Assembly (NCBI GenBank): GCA_965248825.1
Contig: CBDFKL010000004.1
Location: 18,910 to 82,909 of the forward strand
Source: Alphaproteobacteria bacterium
Lineage (GTDB): Bacteria; Pseudomonadota; Alphaproteobacteria; UBA828
Reading direction: 5' to 3'
Length of the DNA: 64,000 nt
Shown here piece by piece: positions 1 through 12,082 of the stretch (the first letter of the stretch is position 1; the number at the start of each line of letters is the position of its first letter). The notes below the pieces were generated by a model. It ran no database searches. It saw nothing but the letters and a program-made list of their open reading frames with translations, and was not told the DNA's origin. The translations under genes and the position numbers were made by a program.

Positions 1-51
1 GAGGACATCTTTCTGCACCTGATTCACGGCGGCGGCGAGGCCGGCGCATGA
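1..51 (+). CDS. 3' end of an unidentified gene (partial, starts outside window)
   Basis: Frame is open from the window edge (...EDIFLHLIHGGGEAGA*). TGA at 49-51 overlaps the next ATG (ATGA). Too short to name. Confidence 0.3.
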   Translation, partial: EDIFLHLIHGGGEAGA

Positions 52-944
52 GCGGGGCCATCCCCTTCATTCGGGAGCTCGACTTCACCTATGGCGAGGC
101 GGCGCAGGTCTCACCGCTGATCCGCCGGGTCGTCGCCCGCAATCCGAGCGTCTTTACCTTCCACGGCACCGGCACCTACATCGTCGGCCGCGGCGCGGTT
201 GCGATCATCGATGCCGGCCCCGATCTGGCCGAGCATGTCGATGCGGTTCTCGATGCGGTGCGCGGCGAGACCGTGACCCACCTCATCGTCACGCACACCC
301 ATATCGATCACTCGCCGGCGACCCGTCATATCAAGGCAGCGACCGGTGCTCCGAGCTACGGCTATGGCCCGCACGGGGGCGACAGGGCGGCGCCTGCCGC
401 CGAGGAAGGCGCGGATCATGGCTTCATGCCGGACCACCGCCTCGCCGACGGCGAGGTGGTCGCGGGTGAAGGCTGGACGTTGGAAGCCGTGCACACGCCC
501 GGGCATACCTCCAACCATCTCTGTTTCGCGCTCGCCGAAGAGCGGGCGCTGTTCTCGGGCGATCACGTGATGGGGTGGTCGACCACGGTGGTCTCGCCGC
601 CGGACGGCGACATGGGTGCCTATATGGCCTCGCTGAACAAGCTCACGGCGCGCGACGCCGTGGCCTATTGGCCGACCCATGGGGCACCGATCCCGACGCC
701 GCAGCTTTATGTTCGCCGGCTCTACGACCACCGTCGGTTGCGCGAGGCGAAGATTCTGGCCTGCGTGGCCGACGGCGTGGCGACGATTCCGGAGCTCGTC
801 GCCCGGCTCTATCGCGGCCTGGACCGACGGCTCCACAAGGCCGCCGCCCGCACGGTGCTCGCCCATCTGATCCATCTGGTCGAGACCGGGCGGGTCGCGT
901 GCGACGGCGCGCCCGAGGAAGAGGCGCGTTACACGGCGTTGTAG
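48..944 (+). CDS. MBL-fold metallo-hydrolase
   Basis: 298-aa ORF. The HxHxDH zinc motif is seen as THTHIDHS, with a later GHTSNH element typical of the beta-lactamase fold. Confidence 0.85.
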   Translation: MSGAIPFIRELDFTYGEAAQVSPLIRRVVARNPSVFTFHGTGTYIVGRGAVAIIDAGPDLAEHVDAVLDAVRGETVTHLIVTHTHIDHSPATRHIKAATGAPSYGYGPHGGDRAAPAAEEGADHGFMPDHRLADGEVVAGEGWTLEAVHTPGHTSNHLCFALAEERALFSGDHVMGWSTTVVSPPDGDMGAYMASLNKLTARDAVAYWPTHGAPIPTPQLYVRRLYDHRRLREAKILACVADGVATIPELVARLYRGLDRRLHKAAARTVLAHLIHLVETGRVACDGAPEEEARYTAL

Positions 945-953
945 CCGGGCGGA

Positions 954-1778
954 TCAGCGCTGCTTGCGGGGCCTAGCCTTGCCCTTCGGACGCTTGCGCC
1001 GCTTCGGCGGATCGTCGCGGAAGCTGCCGACCTGCGATGCGGCGGCAGTCTGCAGCAATCGCGCATCGCCGCCGGCGATGACCATGTTGTAGCCGCGCTC
1101 GAACGTCCAGTTGACGGACTTGCCGGGCCGGGTGACCGTGCCGAGCAGCTTCCCGGTGGCCCGCATCTTGCGCTCGGCCCGCTGGATCAGCCTGATCACC
1201 GCCGGCTCCTGGAGCTGGAGCATATGGCCGATGCTCGCCGAGATGTCGCTGGGGCCGAGAAACAGCATGTCGACGCCGTCGACCGCCGCGATCTCTTCGA
1301 TATTGTCGACCGCTTCCTCGGTCTCGATCTGGCAGGCGACCAGAAGATCGTCCGGCATGGCGTCGAGGTAGTCCTTGAGCCGGGTGCCCCAGCGCGAGCA
1401 GCGCCCGGCATGGGGCGCGACCCCGCGGACGCCGGTCGTCGGATAGCGGCAGGCGGCGACCGCAGCCTCGGCCTCGGCGGCGTTCTGTATGTAGGGCACG
1501 ATGATGCCCATGACCCCGATGTCGAGCGCGCGCTTGATATAGACCATGTCGTTCCACGGCACCCGCATCATCGGGGTTGCCCCGGATTCGCTCGCCGCCT
1601 GCATCAGGCTGACTGCGTTCAAGAGGTCACCGGGTCCGTGCTCGTGATCCATGATCACCGCGTCATAGCCGGCATTGGCGACGATCTCGGCGGCGATAGG
1701 ACTGCCCATCGAGAGCCAGGCCGCGAGCACAGGCTCGCCCTTGAGCATCGTCCTCTTGCAGCGGTTCTCGAAGGTCAT
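954..1778 (-). CDS. HpcH/HpaI-family (class II) aldolase
   Basis: 274-aa ORF. The N-terminal region GEPVLAAWLSMGSPIAAEIVANAGYDAVIMDHEHGPGD matches the HpcH/HpaI pattern. It carries an unusual K/R-rich C-terminal tail (PPKRRKRPKGKARPRKQR). Confidence 0.8.
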   Translation of the reverse strand: MTFENRCKRTMLKGEPVLAAWLSMGSPIAAEIVANAGYDAVIMDHEHGPGDLLNAVSLMQAASESGATPMMRVPWNDMVYIKRALDIGVMGIIVPYIQNAAEAEAAVAACRYPTTGVRGVAPHAGRCSRWGTRLKDYLDAMPDDLLVACQIETEEAVDNIEEIAAVDGVDMLFLGPSDISASIGHMLQLQEPAVIRLIQRAERKMRATGKLLGTVTRPGKSVNWTFERGYNMVIAGGDARLLQTAAASQVGSFRDDPPKRRKRPKGKARPRKQR

Positions 1779-1999
1779 GACGAGACGTCTCCCCGGTGGC
1801 GTGGAAGCGAGTCTGCCGGCCAGAAGCGGGTTCTAGCATGGCCGGGGAGCGTGCGACAGGCACGCCTCGCCGGCGGACCTTGGCGTGCTCTGCCGACGAT
1901 CTGCCCACTCGGCTCGAGGCCGTTCATTGCCTGGACATCCATGTCTCGCTTAGGATGGCCGCGAGCCGTCGGAGGGCGACCGCGGTGTCATACGCTATC

Positions 2000-2473
2000 A
2001 TGCGCCGCCGGCCGGCGGCTCGGGGTGAGGCCGATGCGAGCGGCGCGACGCCGTTCGTGATCGAGGAGAGCACCGCCCATCTCATCGCGCTCGCCGCCCG
2101 CCTCTTTACCCGAGCGCTCGACGAGCGATTGGGTCGCCACGGCGTCTCGGTCGCGCAATGGTCGATGCTGCTTCTCCTTTGGGAGGAGGAGAGACTGACC
2201 CAGAAGGAGCTGAGCCGTCGGCAGCAGATCGAGGAGCCGACCGCGGCGCGAACCCTGCATCGAATGGAGCGCGACGGTCTGATCCGGCGCGTGCGAGACG
2301 AAAAGGACCGCCGCCGCCACCACGTGATGCTCACGGAACGCGGTCGCGAGCTCTGCGACGAGCTCGTTCCCGCGGCCCTCGAAGTCAACGCCCTCGCGAC
2401 CCACGGCCTCTCGAACGAAGACAAGCAACGAATGGTAAGCTTGCTAAGCTATATCGTCGCTCGGCTGGGGTGA
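2000..2473 (+). CDS. MarR-family transcriptional regulator
   Basis: Winged-HTH stretch LTQKELSRRQQIEEPTAARTLHRMERDGLIRRVRDEKDRRRHHVMLTERG. Start placed at ATG 2000 (the ORF opens at 1796). Divergent from the aldolase gene. Confidence 0.8.
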   Translation: MRRRPAARGEADASGATPFVIEESTAHLIALAARLFTRALDERLGRHGVSVAQWSMLLLLWEEERLTQKELSRRQQIEEPTAARTLHRMERDGLIRRVRDEKDRRRHHVMLTERGRELCDELVPAALEVNALATHGLSNEDKQRMVSLLSYIVARLG

Positions 2474-2500
2474 TGCCACCGCCTGGCGTGCCAACGCTGT

Positions 2501-4540
2501 TCAGTTGAGCCGCGGAACCGTGAAGATCTGACCGGGATAGATCAGCGCAGGATCCCTGATCTGGTTGCGATTCGCTTGGTAGATCACCGTGAAGTGCACG
2601 CCGCCGCCGAGGGTGCGCCGGGCGATGCGCCAGAGGCTGTTGCCGGGTTGAACCACGACGATGGCATCACCGAAGGAGAGCTCCTCCAGTGTGGCCCGGA
2701 CCAGGGGAGTCTCGATACGGGCGAGAACGATGCCCACCGGATCGACCCGGTCGACCCGAAGCGTGTGGGTACCCGGCTCGACCCGATCGCCGGGCTCGAT
2801 CTCCCAGCTCCCCTCGTCACCGGTCTCGACGGTCCCGACATGCTGGTCGTCGACATAGACGTTCACGGCCGCGCCCGGCTCCGCCTTTCCTGCGATGACG
2901 ACGTCGCCCTCTTCGCCATAGTCGACGCTCTCCACCACGAGCGTACCGTCCTCCTGATCTCGAATGCCTTGGTCAGGCGCCGCGGCCGAGCCACTGTCTG
3001 GGGCGCCGCCCGTCGCCGGGGTCCGGGCCGCACTCTCCGAACCAGACTCGGCCGTGGTCCCGGACTCGCCGGTTCGGTCCGGTTCCCTCTGCCGGGGCTG
3101 CTGAAGCACGCGGCTCGAGCCCTCGCCGTCGCGCGGCATCAGGACGGCGAGGGCCTCGGTCTCGGCATCGTCGCGGTCCGGAACGGACACCACGACCACG
3201 TCCCCGGATTCGATCTGCTCGCCGTTCGGGAGTGTTTCGATGGCCGAGAGCTCGCGCTCGCCGCCGGCCAAGGGCTCGTGGGGCACAAGCACCCATTCGC
3301 CGCGCTGATCGGCGGTCACCGATCCGATCTCCTTTGTCCCGTCGCGCACCGTTACCACGGCACCGGGCTCGGCGCTGCCGGCAATCACCGCTTGGCCCTC
3401 CGGATTGATCCGAACCACGTCGAAGCTCGGCGGTACGGGCGCTCTCTCTGTTACTTGTGCCGTCGCCTTCTCTTCCGCCGCCGCAATCTCGGCGGCGCCG
3501 TCGGCCGCGGCCTGTGCCGGTTCGGCAGCCGGCGGCGGCTCCGGCGCCGCGCTCCGCTCAACGCTTTCGGCGCGCTGGGTCAGCGGGGCCGTGTCGTCAC
3601 CGGGGGCCGCGGCACTTTGCGTTCCCTCCGCTGCGGCGTCAGCTTCCGGCTCCGTGCCGCCCGGTTCTTCTCCGGCGCCCGCCTGATCGGCGGTCGCGAT
3701 GTCGGCAACGGCGTCGGGCGGCAGGTCGCTCGCCGCCGCCGGCGGTTCGCTGGCGACATCGCGCGCGTCAGCGGTTTCAGGCGCGGGCGCGGGCCTCGAC
3801 GGCTCGTCGATTGTCGCCGCGGGCTGGTCGGAGGGCGCGGGCTGCGCCGCCTGCGCCTCATCGGCCGGCTCAGGCGCGACCGGCTCGGCGGGGGCCGCGT
3901 CGCGGGTATCGATCGCCGCGACGTCCATGGGTTCGGGTGTCTCGGCCGCGGTCTCCAAGGCGGGCTCTCGCGGGACCGCATCGGCGCTGTCGGTGGCGCG
4001 GGCCGGCTCTTGTTCTGCGGCCGCGGTGTCCGCCGGCGGTGCGGCCGGACCGGGGTCGACGGGGCTGGTCGCGGCGGGCGGCTCCTCCATCGGCTGCGTC
4101 GCCGGCGGCGGCTCGCCGGTCCCGGACGGCTCCGCCGCGGGCTCGGCGGCGGCCGTTTCCGATGGTAGCGGTGGCTCATCGGTCCCGGATGGCTCAGTCA
4201 CCGGCTCCGGAAGGGCGGTGCTCGTTTCGGGTTCCACCGGCGGCTCGGCGGTTTCGGATGGCTCGGTTGACGGCTCGGCGGCGACCGTTTCCGATGATGG
4301 CGGCGGCTCGTCGGTACCGGATGGCTCGACCTCGGGCTCGGCGAGAAGGGCGGCTGCTTCCGTCTCTGCCGACGTCTCGTCGGTTTCGGATGGGTCGGCC
4401 GTCGGCTCCGCGGCGGTGGCGACCGGCTCGGACTCGATCGACTCCGGGTCCGGCCCTCCGGTCAGGAAAATGCCAAGAAGGACGCCGGCGACGATAATCG
4501 CAGCGCCCACCGGGATGGCGATCCGGTACTTTTTGCTCAT
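2501..4540 (-). CDS. LysM peptidoglycan-binding protein with a long acidic Pro/Glu/Ala/Thr-rich repeat region
   Basis: 679-aa ORF with an N-terminal TM helix (IAIPVGAAIIVAGVLLGIFL), about 330 aa of low-complexity repeats and a C-terminal LysM (VQPGNSLWRIARRTLGGGVHFTVIYQANRNQIRDPALIYPGQIFTVP). Confidence 0.8.
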   Translation of the reverse strand: MSKKYRIAIPVGAAIIVAGVLLGIFLTGGPDPESIESEPVATAAEPTADPSETDETSAETEAAALLAEPEVEPSGTDEPPPSSETVAAEPSTEPSETAEPPVEPETSTALPEPVTEPSGTDEPPLPSETAAAEPAAEPSGTGEPPPATQPMEEPPAATSPVDPGPAAPPADTAAAEQEPARATDSADAVPREPALETAAETPEPMDVAAIDTRDAAPAEPVAPEPADEAQAAQPAPSDQPAATIDEPSRPAPAPETADARDVASEPPAAASDLPPDAVADIATADQAGAGEEPGGTEPEADAAAEGTQSAAAPGDDTAPLTQRAESVERSAAPEPPPAAEPAQAAADGAAEIAAAEEKATAQVTERAPVPPSFDVVRINPEGQAVIAGSAEPGAVVTVRDGTKEIGSVTADQRGEWVLVPHEPLAGGERELSAIETLPNGEQIESGDVVVVSVPDRDDAETEALAVLMPRDGEGSSRVLQQPRQREPDRTGESGTTAESGSESAARTPATGGAPDSGSAAAPDQGIRDQEDGTLVVESVDYGEEGDVVIAGKAEPGAAVNVYVDDQHVGTVETGDEGSWEIEPGDRVEPGTHTLRVDRVDPVGIVLARIETPLVRATLEELSFGDAIVVVQPGNSLWRIARRTLGGGVHFTVIYQANRNQIRDPALIYPGQIFTVPRLN
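4140..4327. repeat. Intragenic tandem duplication (132-bp period) inside the LysM gene
   Basis: The 56-nt blocks at 4140-4195 and 4272-4327 differ at 6 positions (ggctcggcggcg.ccgtttccgatg...ccggatggctc). They encode the EPSGTDEPP(P/L)(S/P)SET(V/A)AAEP repeats. Weaker copies flank them. Confidence 0.7.
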
Positions 4541-4704
4541 TCGGAAGGTCCAGCTGTCATCGAATAGTCACGATACACCAGTCAGCGCACCGTGTGGTTC
4601 TAACTTTCTTATATAGCACCTCTTTTTCCTCGTGCCCGCGCGAGTTCGGGCGGAAACGAGCCCAATTTCTGCCCCGCTTGCAACGGATCGCAGGAGGAAA
4701 ACCC

Positions 4705-4890
4705 ATGCCGAGTGCACACCTCAACCAGGTCCGTGTCAACACTCTCAAGCCCGGTAGTTCCGCTTACGAGTTTCGCGACGCGGAACTGAAAGGGCTCGGC
4801 GTCCGCGTGCTGCCGACCGGCAGGATACGCTGCTTCATCCACAGCCAACACCGGGGCCGGCGCATCCGGAAGATCGTCGGCGGAGATGAG
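4705..4890 (+). pseudogene. Tyrosine-integrase N-terminal (Arm/DUF4102-type) remnant
   Basis: ATG 4705 is preceded by AGGAGGA. MPSAHLNQVRVNTLKPGSSAYEFRDAELKGLGVRVLPTGRIRCFIHSQHRGRRIRKIVG resembles the phage-integrase arm-binding N-terminus. There is no catalytic domain, and the frame then runs antisense into the next gene. Confidence 0.55.
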
Positions 4891-5101
4891 ATTTTCGGGC
4901 CGATTACTACGGTCTCCAGCGCATGGCGACATGCAAGCCGATATCAGGCGTGGCACGCCGTGAGCCGTCGTCTTCGGTGACGGCGATTTCAAGCATTGTT
5001 TGTTCGGTGAGCCTCACCGTACCACCGAGGCCAATCATGACGCTCGGGTCGGCGAGCGGAGGCACATTGGAAGCGCTGTAGGGAGAGGAATGAGCATCGA
5101 G

Positions 5102-5932
5102 CTACGCCGTCAGGGTCATATCTGTCAGCGGCCGCCAAGTCACGCCAAAGCGTCCGAAGACAATGAATCGACTGCCAATTTCCGGTATATTTTGGGGTGC
5201 CTCTCCGGCAAGCGCTCCAACGGTCGCGGCGTATAACCAAGTGCGCGAGGCGCCCGATCCGGGCAGCGCACCCGAGGTTTCCGCCCAGACCGATGCCGAA
5301 AAGCCACCGGAGCCGGCCAGCGAGTCTTCATCGCCGGTTGGAAGCTTCACACTGGTCCGAATTGCCAAACCGTCGTTCGACAGAGGCGATTGCCGCAACG
5401 AATAGCCCAGCCCGAGGCTGACGTCGCCGAGCGAAGCGACATCCCGATCGATATCAACATGGGTTCCGCTGCCGCTGGTATAGAAGAGCGCCAGTCGGTC
5501 ACGTGGTGCACTGTCCCTGTCGCCCTGGGGCAGGCCGAAGACGTCATGCCAATTCTCAATGAACGCATCGAAGACGCCGGCACGATGCGCGACGGCTGAC
5601 ACTTCCAACAAATACTCCCACCGATCCCCAAATCCACGGCGCAGGGCGAGCGCCTGCCTGTACGTCTCGCCGTCGATCAAGACCCGTTCCGCACCCGAAC
5701 TGGCCTCACTCAAATATGAAGCCATATCCATCGACGCGATCAGCTCGGACGAGCCCAAGGGCAATACGCGGGCACCAACGGAACCAGGTACACCGTAAAG
5801 AAGGTGAAACGGATTCAGGTTGACGATGCGCAGCGGGGTGGCGATGGCGCCCCAGCCCGGTTCGTCGGAGGCGGCCGTGCCTCCCCAGAAGACGGAGCAG
5901 GCGAGAGCGCAAGCAAGACCAAGACACCGCAT
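5102..5932 (-). CDS. DUF3187-like outer-membrane protein (ends at an in-frame TAG; frame continues to 4907)
   Basis: Signal peptide MRCLGLACALACSVFWGGTAAS from ATG 5932. PLRIVNLNPF...IDGETYR...FIENWHDVFGLPQGDR matches my recollection of DUF3187. The ORF-track start at 6367 would overlap the cytochrome gene. Confidence 0.6.
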   Translation of the reverse strand: MRCLGLACALACSVFWGGTAASDEPGWGAIATPLRIVNLNPFHLLYGVPGSVGARVLPLGSSELIASMDMASYLSEASSGAERVLIDGETYRQALALRRGFGDRWEYLLEVSAVAHRAGVFDAFIENWHDVFGLPQGDRDSAPRDRLALFYTSGSGTHVDIDRDVASLGDVSLGLGYSLRQSPLSNDGLAIRTSVKLPTGDEDSLAGSGGFSASVWAETSGALPGSGASRTWLYAATVGALAGEAPQNIPEIGSRFIVFGRFGVTWRPLTDMTLTA

Positions 5933-6006
5933 GGGATTGGCCCGGTTTGGTGAACGCTTCAACGGGGTATGACCGGGCATCACGGCGTGCTGCGCTCGGA
6001 CGAACC

Positions 6007-7038
6007 TCACCAGTCGTCGCTGGATGGTGAGGCCGGGCGCGTCGGGTCGGCCGCTCTCACCGCGTTGCGGATCGCCGGTACCGCTTTGAGATAGGCCGCC
6101 ATCGCCTCCAGATCTTCCTGGGTCAGATGGCGCAGCCCGTCGACAATCGCTTCGCGCATCTCGCCTTGCACGTCGTCGCCGTCCGGCTTGAACCCGGTGC
6201 GCATGAAGAACACGAGATCGGACTCCGACCATGCGCCGATGCCGGTCTCCCCGTCGGGGGTGATGTTGGGGACCGGAAGGCCGCCGGGGCCGTAGCGCGA
6301 GCCCGCCAAGTGCCGCCGGCGCTTGACGGCGCCCAGCATGTTGCGCGGGCTGTGGCATTCGGCGCAATGCCCCAGCGATTCGACGAGATAGCGGCCGCGT
6401 TCTTCACGGGGCCTCAAGTCGGGATCGGGGGCGACCGGACCGCGATCGAAGAAGATCCACCGCCAGGGATGGAGCAGGAGACGCAGGCTGAACGGAAAAC
6501 GCAAATCATGCGGCTTGTTGTCCTGGACCACCGGTTCCACCGAGTCCAAATAGGCCTTCAGGTCGAGCATGTCCGCGCGGTGTATGCGGGTATAGGCGGG
6601 ATAGGGAAACGCCGGATAATAGGTGCGCCCGGTCGGTGATTTTCCGTCGCGGAGGGCGCGGATGAAATCGTCGTCGGACCAGCCGCCGATGCCGGTTTCC
6701 GGGTCCGGCGTGATATTTGGGGTGGCAATCGCACCATAAGGCGAGGCCAGCATGCGCCCGCCGGCAAGGAAGGCCCCGCCATTGGCGTTGTCGGTGTGGC
6801 ATGTGGCGCAGCCGGCGGCGCGCAGGATATAGGCGCCGCGGGCGGCCGGGTTCGAGCTGAGCGGATCGGGCTCCAGGCCGGGCGCGGCACCGGCGAACAG
6901 CCCGCTTGCGAGCCCGGTTAGAAGCACCACTCCGGCGCCGCGCGCGACGCCTTTGGCGCCACGAGAAAGCGCCCGCCCACGCCGGCCCCGACCTTCGCAC
7001 TGTTTAGGACCGTCGCTCGGACGGATACCCCGACTCAT
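6007..7038 (-). CDS. Dihaem c-type cytochrome
   Basis: Two CxxCH haem motifs seen (CATCH, CAECH). Start placed at ATG 7038 ahead of a hydrophobic signal/anchor (VVLLTGLASGLFAGAAPG). Confidence 0.8.
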   Translation of the reverse strand: MSRGIRPSDGPKQCEGRGRRGRALSRGAKGVARGAGVVLLTGLASGLFAGAAPGLEPDPLSSNPAARGAYILRAAGCATCHTDNANGGAFLAGGRMLASPYGAIATPNITPDPETGIGGWSDDDFIRALRDGKSPTGRTYYPAFPYPAYTRIHRADMLDLKAYLDSVEPVVQDNKPHDLRFPFSLRLLLHPWRWIFFDRGPVAPDPDLRPREERGRYLVESLGHCAECHSPRNMLGAVKRRRHLAGSRYGPGGLPVPNITPDGETGIGAWSESDLVFFMRTGFKPDGDDVQGEMREAIVDGLRHLTQEDLEAMAAYLKAVPAIRNAVRAADPTRPASPSSDDW

Positions 7039-7259
7039 CGGAAGACTCTCGAACTGAGCCATGGCGACCTGTGGCTCCCGGTACCCGTGCCAGCACATCG
7101 AAAGCGACACGAATAGCCGGTTTCGGATGCCTTGCAAACAGTCCATCCCGACCGCCGCGCCCTTCGTGCCGGGTTCGACGGGAGCGGAGCCGCCGCTGGC
7201 CGCGGGCGCGGCCGTCTGCTACAGAGCGGCGCTCTCAACCCGTCCGGATCGATGATGCG

Positions 7260-7841
7260 ATGGCGACAATCACGTCTCTCTGTGTCTATTGCGGCTCTCA
7301 GGAGGGCCGGGATTCGATTCATGTCGAGACGGCGCGACGCCTCGGCGAGGGCTTGGCGATGCGCGGTATCACGCTGGTCTATGGCGGTGGCGGGATCGGC
7401 CTGATGGCGGTGTTGGCCGATGCGGTGCTGGCGGGCGGCGGCCGGGTGATCGGCGTGATCCCCGAGCACCTCGCGCGCATCGAAGTATCGCACACCGGAC
7501 TGACCGAGACCGTGGTCACCGACGGCATGCACCTGCGTAAGCGGGAGATGTTCGACCGCGCCGATGCGTTCGCGGTCCTGCCCGGCGGCTTCGGCACGCT
7601 CGACGAGTTCTTCGAGGTGCTGACCTGGAAGCAGATCGGGCTTCACGACAAGCCGGTCGCCGTTCTCGACAACGGCTATTGGGCACCACTGCAAAGCCTG
7701 CTCGATCATGTGGTGGCCCGGGGCTTCGCAACGCAGGGTGTGCGCGACCTTATCATGGTCGTGCGCACGGTCGACGAGCTGTTCCGCGCTTTCGAGCGCG
7801 CGCCGGCACCGGCGCTCCCGGCTCCGTCGAGCCGTCTCTAG
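7260..7841 (+). CDS. LOG-family (TIGR00730) nucleotide phosphoribohydrolase
   Basis: MATITSLCVYCGS..., GGGGIGLM and the PGGFGTLDEFFE motif. Start at ATG 7260. Confidence 0.85.
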   Translation: MATITSLCVYCGSQEGRDSIHVETARRLGEGLAMRGITLVYGGGGIGLMAVLADAVLAGGGRVIGVIPEHLARIEVSHTGLTETVVTDGMHLRKREMFDRADAFAVLPGGFGTLDEFFEVLTWKQIGLHDKPVAVLDNGYWAPLQSLLDHVVARGFATQGVRDLIMVVRTVDELFRAFERAPAPALPAPSSRL

Positions 7842-8022
7842 GCGCGCGATCTCTCGCCTCGGGCGCGTCGGCGTCGCGGGCCCTTGGTGGCCTTGACCGG
7901 CCTCGCCTCGGTGATATGGTGCGCGGCCTCGTCTGTCGCCGTGCGCCACGACCGCGACGAGCCGGAAGGCCGGCGGCGGTCGCCCGCCGGGTGCACGCTC
8001 ACACCGATTCGGGGAGTTACGG

Positions 8023-9237
8023 ATGGCGAAGATCACCGTCGCCAATCCCGTCGTCGAGATCGACGGTGACGAGATGACCCGGATCATCTGGGCCTGGATC
8101 AAGGAACAGTTGATCCTGCCCTATCTCGACCTCGACCTGCGCTATTTCGACCTCGGCATCGAGCATCGCGACGCGACAGACGATCGGGTGACGGTCGATT
8201 GCGCCGAGGCGATCAAGGAGGTCGGCGTCGGCGTCAAATGCGCGACCATCACGCCGGACGAAGCCCGCGTTGCGGAGTTCGGCCTCAAGAACATGTGGCG
8301 TTCGCCCAACGGCACGATCCGCAACATTCTCGGCGGCACGGTGTTCCGCGAGCCGATCATTTGCAGGAACGTGCCGCGTCTGGTGCCCGGCTGGAAGAAG
8401 CCGATCGTGATCGGCCGTCACGCCTTCGGCGATCAATACCGCGCGACCGATTTCGTGGTGCCGGGCAAGGGCAGGCTCACGGTCCGCTTCGAGCCCGAGG
8501 ACGGCGGCGAGGTGATCGAGCGCGAGGTGTTCGCCTTCCCGGGCGGCGGTATCGCTCTCGCCATGTACAACCTCGACGAATCGATCCGGAATTTCGCCCG
8601 CGCCTGCATGAACTACGGGCTCGAGCGCAAGTGGCCGGTCTATCTGTCGACCAAGAACACGATCCTCAAGGCCTATGACGGGCGCTTCAAGGACCTGTTC
8701 GAGGAGGTTTTCGACAGCGAGTTCAAGGACCGTTTCGAGGCTGCGGGTATCGGCTACGAGCACCGGTTGATCGACGACATGGTGGCCGCGGCGCTCAAAT
8801 GGGAGGGCGCCTTCATCTGGGCCTGCAAGAACTATGACGGCGACGTCCAGTCCGACACCGTGGCCCAGGGCTTCGGCTCGCTGGGCCTGATGACCTCGGT
8901 CCTGATGTCGCCCGACGGCAAGACGGTGGAGGCCGAGGCGGCGCACGGCACGGTGACCCGGCATTACCGCGCCTATCAGCGGGGCGAGGAGACCTCAACC
9001 AATCCGATTGCCTCGATCTTCGCCTGGACCCGCGGCCTCAAGCACCGCGGCAAGCTCGACGGCAACGACGCGCTCGGCGGCTTCGCCGACACGCTGGAGC
9101 GTTGCTGCGTCCAGGCCGTCGAGGACGGCGAGATGACCAAGGACCTCGCGATCCTGATCGGCCCGGATCAGGGCTGGCTCAATTCCAAGGATTTCCTGGA
9201 CGCGATCGACCGCCGGCTCAGCGCCGCTATGGCGTGA
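8023..9237 (+). CDS. icd: NADP-dependent isocitrate dehydrogenase (homodimeric, eukaryote-like type)
   Basis: 404-aa [26 protein letters not shown]...[12 protein letters not shown]...[13 protein letters not shown] is characteristic. Confidence 0.95.
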   Translation: MAKITVANPVVEIDGDEMTRIIWAWIKEQLILPYLDLDLRYFDLGIEHRDATDDRVTVDCAEAIKEVGVGVKCATITPDEARVAEFGLKNMWRSPNGTIRNILGGTVFREPIICRNVPRLVPGWKKPIVIGRHAFGDQYRATDFVVPGKGRLTVRFEPEDGGEVIEREVFAFPGGGIALAMYNLDESIRNFARACMNYGLERKWPVYLSTKNTILKAYDGRFKDLFEEVFDSEFKDRFEAAGIGYEHRLIDDMVAAALKWEGAFIWACKNYDGDVQSDTVAQGFGSLGLMTSVLMSPDGKTVEAEAAHGTVTRHYRAYQRGEETSTNPIASIFAWTRGLKHRGKLDGNDALGGFADTLERCCVQAVEDGEMTKDLAILIGPDQGWLNSKDFLDAIDRRLSAAMA

Positions 9238-9277
9238 ACGGCCCGGCCGGATCTCCCGAGAGGGGCGCCCGGCGGGC

Positions 9278-11935
<2,658 letters not shown>

Positions 11936-12082
11936 GGGATGAACTCGCACGCTCCGCCGCACTCGACTGCGGCCGGCGCGAGGGTTGGATCGGGAGCTAC
12001 TTAATGTGCGCGTGACAGACTGTCTAGGCGTGCCGCGCCCGGGCTCACCACCCCCTGCGGTTTCCGCGGCGCAACGGGTTCC

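Noticed and set aside
2576-4616. Long plus-strand ORFs (530, 346 and 305 aa) overlapping the LysM gene
   Set aside because: They are antisense or alternative frames of a GC-rich repetitive gene. Their products are Arg/Gly/Ala-rich low-complexity strings with no recognisable motif. The minus-strand frame has a TM anchor and a LysM domain.
4541-4704. tRNA gene or tRNA 3' fragment serving as the attachment site next to the integrase stub
   Set aside because: No cloverleaf-compatible sequence or GGTTCGA(A/G)TCC-type T-arm was found by eye.
5933-6367. N-terminal 145-codon extension of the DUF3187 ORF as listed in the ORF track
   Set aside because: It would overlap the cytochrome c gene by 360 nt and is Arg-rich. 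An internal ATG at 5932 gives a clean signal peptide.
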